A stretch of DNA of 64,000 nucleotides from assembly GCA_051251855.1 (NCBI GenBank), contig JBPOGI010000003.1, forward strand, positions 541,241-605,240, read 5' to 3'. Under the pieces are notes generated by a model. It was not told the DNA's origin and ran no database searches. It saw only the letters and a program-made list of their open reading frames with translations. The translations under genes and the position numbers were made by a program. Positions 46,922 through 55,239 of the stretch are shown here, in pieces. Positions within the stretch are counted from its first letter, which is position 1; each line of letters starts with the position of its first letter. Origin of the DNA: Roseibacillus sp. Its GTDB lineage: Bacteria > Verrucomicrobiota > Verrucomicrobiia > Verrucomicrobiales > Akkermansiaceae.

Positions 46922-48106
46922 ATGAGTGCTCCCAAATTACTCATTGTTGGCGGCGGGACAGCCGGCATTAGCGTTGCAGCGAGGGTTCGGCTACGGATGC
47001 CGCAGGTCGAGGTGACGCTGTTGGAGCCTTCCGACAAGCACTTCTATCAGCCGCTGTGGACTCTCGTGGGAGGAGGGGTTTTTCCCAAGGAAAAGTCTAT
47101 GCGCGACGAGGCCAGCGTTGTCCCCGATGGCGTGACTTGGAAGAAAGAGGCGGCTGAAAAAATTGACCCCGCTGCCAAGACCGTAGTGACCAAGGGAGGG
47201 GAAGTTCTCTCGTATGATTACCTTGTGGTTGCGACTGGGCTGGTCTGCAATTGGTCGGCCATTCCTGGTTTGGCGGATTCGCTGGGCACAAAGGGAGTCT
47301 GTTCGAACTACTCCTATCAGCATGTCGATTACACTTGGGAGACGATTAAAAGCTTTAAGGGCGGAAAGGCGCTATTTACCCATCCTGCCGGAGCGGTGAA
47401 GTGTGGGGGAGCGCCCCAGAAAATCATGTGGCTCGCTGAGGACTGGTGGAGACGGGAAGGTGCGCGCTCGAAGATGGATCTTCAGTTCTACATCGCGCTG
47501 CCCAATCTCTTTGCGGTCGAAAAGTATCGCAAGACTCTCGAAGACGAGGTGGCGCGTCGGGACATTCATTGCTCGTTCGAAAAGAACTTGGTTTCTATCG
47601 ACGCTGACAAAAAAGAAGCGGTCTTTGCCGACCTCGCAGGTGGAGAAGAGGAACGGGTGAGCTATGATATGATTCACGTCACCCCCCCCATGGGACCTCC
47701 TCCGTTCTTGAAAGGCTCAGGTCTCGTGAATGCCGATGGTTGGGTTGATGTTGATCAGTATACCCTGCGTCATGGCACCTACGGAGAGGTGTTTGGAATT
47801 GGTGATGTCTCCAGCTTGCCGACCTCGAAGACCGGAGCCGCGATTCGCAAGCAAGCGCCTGTGCTGGTGGATAACCTGGAGTCTGTGATGAATGGTCAGG
47901 AGCCTGTTGCCAAGTATGATGGCTATACCTCCTGCCCTATCGTGACCGCTCGAGGGCGACTGGTGCTTGCCGAGTTCGGCTACGACAAAGAGCCTGCCGA
48001 AACCTTTCCCATCGACCAGTCCAAGCCGCGATACAGCATGTATCTGCTGAAGAAGTGGGCTCTTCCGGTCTTTTATTGGAATGGGATGTTGAAGGGGAAA
48101 ATGTAA
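46922..48106 (+). CDS. sqr: sulfide:quinone oxidoreductase (type II-like)
   Basis: GGGTAG, YQPLWTLVGGG, CSNY, KCGGAPQK, YDGYTSCP, LAEF. Confidence 0.9.
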   Translation: MSAPKLLIVGGGTAGISVAARVRLRMPQVEVTLLEPSDKHFYQPLWTLVGGGVFPKEKSMRDEASVVPDGVTWKKEAAEKIDPAAKTVVTKGGEVLSYDYLVVATGLVCNWSAIPGLADSLGTKGVCSNYSYQHVDYTWETIKSFKGGKALFTHPAGAVKCGGAPQKIMWLAEDWWRREGARSKMDLQFYIALPNLFAVEKYRKTLEDEVARRDIHCSFEKNLVSIDADKKEAVFADLAGGEEERVSYDMIHVTPPMGPPPFLKGSGLVNADGWVDVDQYTLRHGTYGEVFGIGDVSSLPTSKTGAAIRKQAPVLVDNLESVMNGQEPVAKYDGYTSCPIVTARGRLVLAEFGYDKEPAETFPIDQSKPRYSMYLLKKWALPVFYWNGMLKGKM

Positions 48107-48114
48107 CTGCCTGA

Positions 48115-48855
48115 ATGACCATTTTTGCCATATTGGGGGCTCTCCTCATCGGACTAACGCTGGGACTCACCGGAGCGGGAGGAAGCATTATTACGCTGCC
48201 GGTGCTGGTTTACCTCGCCAAGATTCCGCCCATGGAAGCGGTCCCGATGAGCCTTCTGATTGTGGGGGCGGCATCCCTCACTGGGGCGATTCAGCGACTT
48301 TCTAACAGAGAGATTTGTTTGCCGACTGCGGGAGTCTTTGCCGTTTCCGGGATGGTAGGGGCGGTGGGGGGCGCGCGTTTGACGCACTTGGTTTCTCCTC
48401 AAATTTTGATGCTGATTTTTGCAGCCTTGATGTTGTTCGTGGCGATTCAGATGTTTCGCCCGAAACACGAATTGGCGGAAGCGACTGAGAAGAGCTGGTT
48501 CTCCAAAGCGGCCGCAGGTCTAGGAGTTGGCATCTTGACCGGTTTTATCGGAGTGGGGGGAGGCTTTCTTCTGGTGCCCGCTTTGCTGAAGTTCGGAGGC
48601 TTGAAGATGAAGCAGGCGGTGGGATCCTCCCTTGCGATCATCTTTTTCAATTGTATCGCGGGATTTCTCTCGCATCTCGGACAGACGAGCCTGAATTGGT
48701 CTCTGTCGGGAATTTATGCCGGCCTGGCTGTGGTCGGGGTTCTGGTTGGGACCCACTTTTCGACCAAGTTACCCGCGCCCGTCTTGCGGCAGGGTTTTGC
48801 CGCCATGGTGGTGGTCACTGGCGGTTTCGTTCTTTGGAAAAATCTCGGTAATTAG
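48115..48855 (+). CDS. TauE/SafE sulfite/sulfur-compound exporter
   Basis: GLTGAGGSI..P.L and GFIGVGGGFL.VP repeats. Confidence 0.92.
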   Translation: MTIFAILGALLIGLTLGLTGAGGSIITLPVLVYLAKIPPMEAVPMSLLIVGAASLTGAIQRLSNREICLPTAGVFAVSGMVGAVGGARLTHLVSPQILMLIFAALMLFVAIQMFRPKHELAEATEKSWFSKAAAGLGVGILTGFIGVGGGFLLVPALLKFGGLKMKQAVGSSLAIIFFNCIAGFLSHLGQTSLNWSLSGIYAGLAVVGVLVGTHFSTKLPAPVLRQGFAAMVVVTGGFVLWKNLGN

Positions 48856-48871
48856 GTGTTGTTGTTCAAAT

Positions 48872-48912
48872 AAAAGCACCCCCGCGAGATCGAGATCGCG
48901 GGGGTGCATTTT
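48872..48912. terminator. bidirectional terminator between convergent genes
   Basis: AAAA-GCACCCCCGCGA...TCGCGGGGGTGC-ATTTT. Confidence 0.8.
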
Positions 48913-48941
48913 CCAGTTTTCCAGTTCTTCCTGGAAGTTCT

Positions 48942-49490
48942 CTAATTGGTCACACAGCAAGAAGCCTTAGCGGGACTATCGGCCTTGTTCCAAGGCATCT
49001 TGGCAAGGAGAAGGGCTAGTCCGCACCATCCAGTCGACCCAGCCATCGTGAGCCCTGCTCCGAAGAAGGCCGAGCCAAAGGCGAAGGCGGGATTCACAAA
49101 ATAGGCCAGGAGAGAGAAGGTGAGAACACCGAGACCAATCGCGAGTTGAACCTGACGCATGAGAGGCAGGACTTTGCGCTCGGTGCGATTGAGGGGGAGG
49201 CCGGCTTGTTCCCAAGCGCCGACTCCACCTTGGAGAATCGTGAGGTCGCCAAATCCTTTTTCAGCGAGAATCTGATGGGCCCGCTCTGCACGTTTCCCAG
49301 ATTGGCACACGAGGTAATACTTCTTCGAGGGGTCGAGTTGGCCAGATTGATTGGTCAGTTCGTCGACGGGGATGTGTCGAGAGCCGTCGATGTGCTTTTC
49401 TTCGAATTCTACAGGTGTGCGGACATCGAGAGCTATCGCGCTATCTTCTTTGAGGAGATTGTGAATGTCGTTAGAATGGAGAGTTTTCAT
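48942..49490 (-). CDS. membrane rhodanese (YgaP-like, rhodanese + DUF2892)
   Basis: DVRTPVEF, CQSGKR, RQVQL..G, GWCGLA.LLAKMPWN; ATG 49490. Confidence 0.9.
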   Translation of the reverse strand: MKTLHSNDIHNLLKEDSAIALDVRTPVEFEEKHIDGSRHIPVDELTNQSGQLDPSKKYYLVCQSGKRAERAHQILAEKGFGDLTILQGGVGAWEQAGLPLNRTERKVLPLMRQVQLAIGLGVLTFSLLAYFVNPAFAFGSAFFGAGLTMAGSTGWCGLALLLAKMPWNKADSPAKASCCVTN

Positions 49491-49491
49491 T

Positions 49492-50019
49492 TTATTGTTT
49501 CTTTTGAGAGTTGGTTTCTTTCGCCTTTTTGGCGGCTTGTTTTTCGAGATCGACGCTATCGAGATGCTCGCGTTCGACTGAAGCGGATCCCTCCTTTGCA
49601 AAGGTGCTGACAATGCGGGCGTGGTTCTGGGCTACTTTGATGGCTCGCGGGGTCTTTCCTTTGATGATGACTGCGAGTCCCTTTTCAATTGGAGAGATGG
49701 TGGCGTCAATATCATCGTAGTGTTCGACCATCTCGGCGTAGGCCGGATCCCAGCGCCGCACCATGGCTCCAGAGTCGAGCCGCTTTTTCATATAGGCGAC
49801 ATGGGCATGGAGCTTTTTCACCAGTTCTTTGTTCTCGCTGGTGGTAGTGGCAGTGTAGCCGGTCTCGGTTTTGCTGACCTTGCGGACCAACTCTTTGTGA
49901 TGCTCCGCCATGTAGTGAATGAGTTCTCGCTGCTCTTGAGGCAGGGGACCACGGAAGGACTCGGCCGGGGCGCTGATGTTTCCAGCAAGGAGCAGGGGGA
50001 TGAGGAGGGTTGCTTTCAT
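49492..50019 (-). CDS. secreted His-rich hypothetical protein with internal duplication
   Basis: Signal peptide; two halves M.EH...G.....S/T....K....H. Confidence 0.8.
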   Translation of the reverse strand: MKATLLIPLLLAGNISAPAESFRGPLPQEQRELIHYMAEHHKELVRKVSKTETGYTATTTSENKELVKKLHAHVAYMKKRLDSGAMVRRWDPAYAEMVEHYDDIDATISPIEKGLAVIIKGKTPRAIKVAQNHARIVSTFAKEGSASVEREHLDSVDLEKQAAKKAKETNSQKKQ

Positions 50020-50050
50020 AATGAAATTTAGTTGTTGAGTAGTTTTCTTA

Positions 50051-50068
50051 TATTCTCATAAAGTAATA
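50051..50068. promoter_or_regulatory. operator copy 2
   Basis: TATTC-TCATAAAG-TAATA upstream of the 50019 start. Confidence 0.65.
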
Positions 50069-50133
50069 AAAGCAACCGAAAAGATTGCAAGCGGTCCGTT
50101 AAAACCCCTCGCGATTGGAAAAGCTCTGAGACC

Positions 50134-50476
50134 ATGGCAGCTAAAAAATCTTAAATTCGTTTTCTCAATCGGGCTTTCATTGTTGGCGCCGCCACTTGGC
50201 GCGCAGCATCAGACCAGCGACTTGACCTTACCCTATGTCGAGGGGGCGTTGCCCTACACGTTGGAGATTCGGGAAGTCTGGGTAATCACTCCCACAATTA
50301 AAAAATCGTGGCACAAGTCCCTGGAATTGATGGGGGCAAGTGGACTCTCGGGTGAGCAAATCGATAGTCTGTTTGCGGTCAATACCGAGTTCTATCAGGA
50401 TGGGGAAACTCTCGTGATCGTGGGTAGCTATGGTTACTTCGACTTTGCATCCAAGGTCTCGACAAATCCTACTTAG
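50134..50476 (+). pseudogene. frameshifted, truncated remnant of a secreted protein gene
   Basis: ATG 50134 stops after 6 codons; deleting one A from the A6 run (50143-50148) restores signal peptide MAAKNLKFVFSIGLSLLAPPLGA in frame with ORF 50180-50476. Confidence 0.55.
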
Positions 50477-50652
50477 AGAATAAGTGAGCTCGTTTTGGGT
50501 CTGTCAGGTGGATTCTCGGTATGGTTTGCGCTTTGCATCGGCGGGGGAGTGTCGGATAATTACGGAACTGCAGCGTACGCTCAGGATTGGGAAAATCTGG
50601 ATTTGTAATAGAATCTTCGTAAAGAGTTCGGAATATACTTGATTGATTCCAA

Positions 50653-50670
50653 TATTCCGTTAAAAGAATA
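50653..50670. promoter_or_regulatory. operator copy 3 (autoregulatory position)
   Basis: TATTC-CGTTAAAA-GAATA ending 13 bp before the ArsR ATG. Confidence 0.75.
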
Positions 50671-50683
50671 GAGATAATAGAAA

Positions 50684-51031
50684 ATGCCTGCAAAGAAGAA
50701 CAAATCAGTAAAGCTTTCTGACGAGGCGTTGGAGGCCTTGGCTCAGACCTTTCGGCTTCTTGCCGATGAGGTGCGACTTAGCCTTTTGCAAGAATTGAAG
50801 GAGGGCGAGCGCATGGTGGGGGAGCTGGTGGAGGTGACCGGTCATGGGCAGGCGAGTGTGTCCAAGCATCTCAAGGCTCTTTATGAGGGTGGGTTGCTGG
50901 AGAGGCGGAAGGATGGGGTGAAGGTTTACTACGGGGTGAAGGGGGAGTTCGTTTTTTCGCTCTGCAAGATGGTATGCCAGCGGTTGGATGATGAGCAGAA
51001 GGAGAGGGGCCAGATTGAGTTTATGATTTGA
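50684..51031 (+). CDS. ArsR/SmtB-family repressor
   Basis: FRLLADEVRL.LL, VGEL, QASVSKHL..L...GLL.RRKDG.KVYY; C-terminal LCKMVC. Confidence 0.93.
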   Translation: MPAKKNKSVKLSDEALEALAQTFRLLADEVRLSLLQELKEGERMVGELVEVTGHGQASVSKHLKALYEGGLLERRKDGVKVYYGVKGEFVFSLCKMVCQRLDDEQKERGQIEFMI

Positions 51032-51133
51032 GGGGGCTTTCCAAGGGCAGCCGGTAACCCTTATGGGGCGTGATGTGACCTGTCCTCCTTCATGCTTTTC
51101 TCATCCATTGTTTTTGAGTAAGTTAGCCTATCT

Positions 51134-51547
51134 ATGAAAACTGGTGGTCTTTTTCTCGCGGCTCTTTTGTTCTCTCTTTCCTTTGTTTGTGGAGCCGATC
51201 CGATTGAGGGGGTGTGGAAGATGTCAGATGGTAAGGCGACGATGAAGCTGACCATCGAGAAGGGAAAACTGGTGGGCCGTATCACGGATGTGAAGGATAA
51301 GTCGCGGACTCACGACACCAAAAACCCAGACTCTAAGATGCGGGGCCGCAAAATTATTGGGCTGCCCATTGTGTGGGGCTTCTACCGAAAGGGCGATAAG
51401 TGGGAGGGGGGGCGTGTTTATGACTCTTCAGATGGAAAGACTTACAAGGGAAAGATTTGGATGGAGGGAAAGGATAAGATGATCATGCGCGGATTCGTGG
51501 GGGTCTCGCTTTTGGGTAAATCGGCGCAGTGGAATCGAGTGAAATAG
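51134..51547 (+). CDS. DUF2147 secreted protein
   Basis: IEGVWK, D.KNPD...R.R.IIGL, WEGGRVYD..DGKTY, RGFVG. Confidence 0.9.
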   Translation: MKTGGLFLAALLFSLSFVCGADPIEGVWKMSDGKATMKLTIEKGKLVGRITDVKDKSRTHDTKNPDSKMRGRKIIGLPIVWGFYRKGDKWEGGRVYDSSDGKTYKGKIWMEGKDKMIMRGFVGVSLLGKSAQWNRVK

Positions 51548-51694
51548 TCTACTATTTCCCTGATTCTCAGAGGATGAGGTCGTTGAAAAAAGGGGCGGTG
51601 ATTATTCTTTTTTCGTCAAAGGAGGCAAATTCATGGGTCTTCTTGTGATTTGGCATTGGCTCTTGTCGGCATTTCAGCTTAGGAAAGCCCCGAT

Positions 51695-52651
51695 ATGGCA
51701 AGCCAACTAGAGCAATTGAAGCAGTATACCAAGGTCGTGGCCGATACCGGCGACTTTGAGTCAATGAAGGAATACCAGCCCCTGGATGCGACTACCAACC
51801 CGTCGCTCATCCTTCAGGCTGCTGAAAAAGCCGAGTATAAGCACCTCGTCGAGAAGGCGGTCGGTGAATTGAAGGACTCTGGAAAGTCGGGCGACGAGCT
51901 CGTGGAGGCGATCATTGACCGCGTGTTGATTCTTTTCGGCCTTGAGATTCTTAAGATTGTTCCAGGCCGTGTTTCTACTGAGACCGATGCGCGTCTTTCT
52001 TTTGATAAAGATGGCACGGTTGCCAAGGCTCGTCAGCTCATCGAGATGTATGAGGCTGAAGGAATTTCCAAGGACCGGGTCCTTATTAAGATCGCTTCGA
52101 CATGGGAAGGCATCAAGGCGGCGGAAGAGTTGAAGAAGGATGGCATCAATTGCAACCTCACCCTTCTCTTCGCGTTCGCACAGGCAGTGGCTTGTGCTGA
52201 GGCCGAGGTCCAGCTGATTTCACCTTTCGTGGGCCGTATTTACGATTGGTTCAAGAAGGAGAACGGCATCGATTATGTGGGTGCGGATGACCCGGGTGTT
52301 CAGTCGGTTCAGAACATCTACAACTACTACAAGAAGTTCGGTTATAAGACCGAGGTGATGGGCGCTTCTTTCCGCAACAAAGGTCAAATCACGGAATTGA
52401 CCGGTTGCGATCTTTTGACCATTTCTCCCAAGCTTCTGGAAGAGCTGCAGAACGACGACAGCGCTCTTGAGCCACGTTTGACTGCGGAGACTGGTGCTGC
52501 TTACGAGGGCGAAAAGCTTTCCCTCGACGAGAAGGCATTCCGTTTCCTCTTTAACGAAGATGCGATGGCGACTGAGAAAACGGCGCAGGGTATCCGCGCG
52601 TTTTCGGCTGACATCGTCAAGTTGGAGAACTTGATTAAGGAAATGCTGTAA
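51695..52651 (+). CDS. tal: transaldolase
   Basis: [45 protein letters not shown]. Confidence 0.97.
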   Translation: MASQLEQLKQYTKVVADTGDFESMKEYQPLDATTNPSLILQAAEKAEYKHLVEKAVGELKDSGKSGDELVEAIIDRVLILFGLEILKIVPGRVSTETDARLSFDKDGTVAKARQLIEMYEAEGISKDRVLIKIASTWEGIKAAEELKKDGINCNLTLLFAFAQAVACAEAEVQLISPFVGRIYDWFKKENGIDYVGADDPGVQSVQNIYNYYKKFGYKTEVMGASFRNKGQITELTGCDLLTISPKLLEELQNDDSALEPRLTAETGAAYEGEKLSLDEKAFRFLFNEDAMATEKTAQGIRAFSADIVKLENLIKEML

Positions 52652-52677
52652 GCAGATTTCTGAGATTCTATTTTTTG

Positions 52678-52709
52678 AACGCCTCGCTTTACGCGGGGCG
52701 TTTTTTTTT
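52678..52709 (+). terminator. intrinsic terminator after tal
   Basis: AACGCCTCGC-TTTAC-GCGGGGCGTT followed by a T tract. Confidence 0.8.
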
Positions 52710-52732
52710 GGGTGGGGAGCCAATGCGAATCA

Positions 52733-53470
52733 CTAGTAATTTTGGAGGTGAATCTCTTCGGCTTCATCTGCGATTTGATGTAGAAAGACGAATTTGACTG
52801 CTCCAGAGAGGAGGATGATGAGAAGGATTCCGATGGGGAAGAGAATGATTTGTTGAGTTCCGAGCAACCCGATGGCGACGATGGTGAGGAGTATCGGAAA
52901 AATAAGGATGTCGCGGAGTTGAAACGTGGCCTCCATCGTTTTTTGGAGCCAGGTAGGCTCGGGAAGGTCTTCGGCAAGCTGCCATTGATAGAGGTGGAAG
53001 GATTGTCCTGAGATGCGAGCAGGCTTGGTGAGTTCGACTTGGGAATTGTGAGTGGTAAGGTATTTTTTAAGAGATTCGGAGGGGGTGATATTGCTAGTTT
53101 TGGCACTTCCCGAGACTCGTATTGTGGATTGAGCGGGCAGGTCGCGAACTTCAAACTCGCTGGTAGCAGCGAGTTCATTTTCTGCGGAGAGGACAAGCCC
53201 TACGAAAATGGTTTCGGCTTGATGATCCCATTCGCGAATGACAACGGTAGATCGTTTTTCTTTTGAACGAATGAAGCCGTTGGCTTCGAAGAGAAATTTG
53301 CTTTGTTCAGCGCTGCTAGTTCCAGCGGGAAAGGTTCGTCCAACCACTCTGCAAGGCTCGGTTCGGAAGGGGCGCACCCAATGATAGAATGATCCGCGAG
53401 ACTTGATTCCGAGCACCCATGCTACGAGAAACAAGCCAAGTAAGAGAATGAGCCAGAAGAGGAAAGTCAT
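52733..53470 (-). CDS. membrane protein with a possible GyrI-like domain
   Basis: N-terminal TM, FVGLVL...FEVRDLPA..TI segment, two C-terminal TMs. Confidence 0.6.
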   Translation of the reverse strand: MTFLFWLILLLGLFLVAWVLGIKSRGSFYHWVRPFRTEPCRVVGRTFPAGTSSAEQSKFLFEANGFIRSKEKRSTVVIREWDHQAETIFVGLVLSAENELAATSEFEVRDLPAQSTIRVSGSAKTSNITPSESLKKYLTTHNSQVELTKPARISGQSFHLYQWQLAEDLPEPTWLQKTMEATFQLRDILIFPILLTIVAIGLLGTQQIILFPIGILLIILLSGAVKFVFLHQIADEAEEIHLQNY

Positions 53471-53558
53471 ACCTTCCGAGGATAGTGAGTGAAGGCTGGC
53501 GAGGAAAGGAATATGAGCGTTCGTGGTAGGAGGCGCTCATCTGAAGACTCTGGCGCCG

Positions 53559-54158
53559 CTATTGCTTCAAGTCCTCGGCCAATTTTTTCCAAAGGATTTT
53601 TAGAACGTCAGTGGTCTGCTGGTTCTCCCACTTGTTGAGTTGCTCGGTAGGAAAGTCTTTATAGAGGCCGAGTTTTTCTTGAGGCCACTTGGCGAGAAAG
53701 GTGCCGCTACTCCACCATTGTGAACCTGACTTGAAGGGGTCTTCAACGGAAGGTTTGGCATGGGCTGAGCGCTGGAAGAGTATTCCAAGGTTCGTCCCCT
53801 TGATAGAGAAGAAGTAGCTTTCTCGGACAAAGCTGGCAAGCCCTCCAGAGCCGCCATTTGCGAAGGGGTCCTGCAAGAGGTGGGTCGTGACGTAGTCTTT
53901 GGGGAGCGGGGTTTGGTTTCGGTCAATGTGCCGCGCGAGTAAGGTAGGCTCGCCAAACCATTTGGTGAGGGTTCTTTTGTCGGCGGTTTCTTCGAGGAAC
54001 TTGCTGAGGGCCTTAAAGCTTTGGGCTTGGGGAAATTGCTCTTCGTTCTCGAGGGTTAAGCGCCGATCAGGGAGTCTCTTGAAGCGCTCTTCGACGATAA
54101 CAGTCTGGCCTTCGCAAAGGGAGGCGAGTGAAAGAACGATGGGGATGAGCCATTTCAT
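53559..54158 (-). CDS. secreted hypothetical protein
   Basis: Signal peptide MKWLIPIVLSLASLCEG. Confidence 0.7.
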   Translation of the reverse strand: MKWLIPIVLSLASLCEGQTVIVEERFKRLPDRRLTLENEEQFPQAQSFKALSKFLEETADKRTLTKWFGEPTLLARHIDRNQTPLPKDYVTTHLLQDPFANGGSGGLASFVRESYFFSIKGTNLGILFQRSAHAKPSVEDPFKSGSQWWSSGTFLAKWPQEKLGLYKDFPTEQLNKWENQQTTDVLKILWKKLAEDLKQ

Positions 54159-54202
54159 CTTGGAGCGAGTGTCTCAGCTGTTTCGATAAGGGGAAGAACT
54201 AT

Positions 54203-54330
54203 CGGGCAGGCTGAATCTTGAGCGAACTTCGCTGGTTTCTCTATTCGAAGTTGTCGTTTCAGGCTGCCCGCGAGAGTCGCTGAACTTTCGATCAATCAAC
54301 ACGGTGCGGCGGGCCGTCCCGACGCTACCG
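54203..54330. repeat. long imperfect hairpin (54203-54270) plus a GTAG-type REP-like palindrome (54302-54330)
   Basis: CGGGCAG.CTGAA..AACTTCG / CGAAGTT..TTCAG.CTGCCCG; minus strand GGTAGCGTCGGG-ACGG-CCCGCCGC. Confidence 0.5.
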
Positions 54331-54390
54331 ATTCAATGACTGCTAAAGCCCGATTTGGACTCATCTTTGCCACCGTTGTAGGAATGTGGC

Positions 54391-55239
54391 TCAGGTCTTG
54401 AAGTCGCGCATCTGGAAAATCACGCAGGCGATGGCGAAGAGACTGAGGTCGAGGCCGATGAGGAAGACGAAGTTGTCGGCGAGTTTGGCCCAAGGGAAGT
54501 GCGTTTCAAAGGCGAAGAGCCAGGTGCTCATTTTGTAGGTGATGAAGTTGGCTTCGTAGGGTTTGAAGATGGGAAACTCCTGTAAAACCATGTCGAGGAA
54601 GAGAACGCTGAGCGCCATGATGGTGGCGGTGGCAGGCTTCATTTTCATACAGGAGAAGAGGAAGCCTACGGCGGAAATGGTGCACATGCTGACCCCGATG
54701 AGGAGGGCGGCGATAACGAGGCGCAACATGCCAGGGCCCCATTCGGGATAGACGGCAAAGAGCCGCATCTTGGGGGAGAAGGCCATCATTCCTCCGTCCC
54801 ATCCGAGGGCGATGACGGCCATACCGTAGCCGGTGATGCCGACAAAAATCACGAAGGTGATGGTGTAAATGCAGACGGAGATGAATTTGAGGAGAAGAAT
54901 GCGAAAGCGCGAAACGGGCCGTGCGAGCACCATGCGCATGTTGCCGTCCTCGACCTCTTTGGCCACGATGTCTCCTGAGATGAGGGCAAAGTAGATGGAG
55001 CCTAACAGAAAGAGGCTGAAGGCCATCACCATGAAGGTAACGGTGAGAGAGCTGAAGTATTCGTCAGCGGCGAGGCCGTTCTGGACCATGAACTCTTCTT
55101 GGCGCGAGCGCACGGAGTCGATCTGGAAGGTGACGAGCAGAATGAGTTCGAAGACGAGGAAGACGCCGTAGCCAACATAGGTGCGGCGGCGGGCGAAGAG
55201 TTTGGTGAGTTCACCACGGAGTTGGGTTAGAAACATCAT
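54391..55239 (-). CDS. ABC-2-type transporter permease
   Basis: GELTKL..RRR, GDIVAKEVEDGNMRMVLARPVSR..ILLLKF; ATGA-coupled to the ATPase. Confidence 0.9.
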   Translation of the reverse strand: MMFLTQLRGELTKLFARRRTYVGYGVFLVFELILLVTFQIDSVRSRQEEFMVQNGLAADEYFSSLTVTFMVMAFSLFLLGSIYFALISGDIVAKEVEDGNMRMVLARPVSRFRILLLKFISVCIYTITFVIFVGITGYGMAVIALGWDGGMMAFSPKMRLFAVYPEWGPGMLRLVIAALLIGVSMCTISAVGFLFSCMKMKPATATIMALSVLFLDMVLQEFPIFKPYEANFITYKMSTWLFAFETHFPWAKLADNFVFLIGLDLSLFAIACVIFQMRDFKT

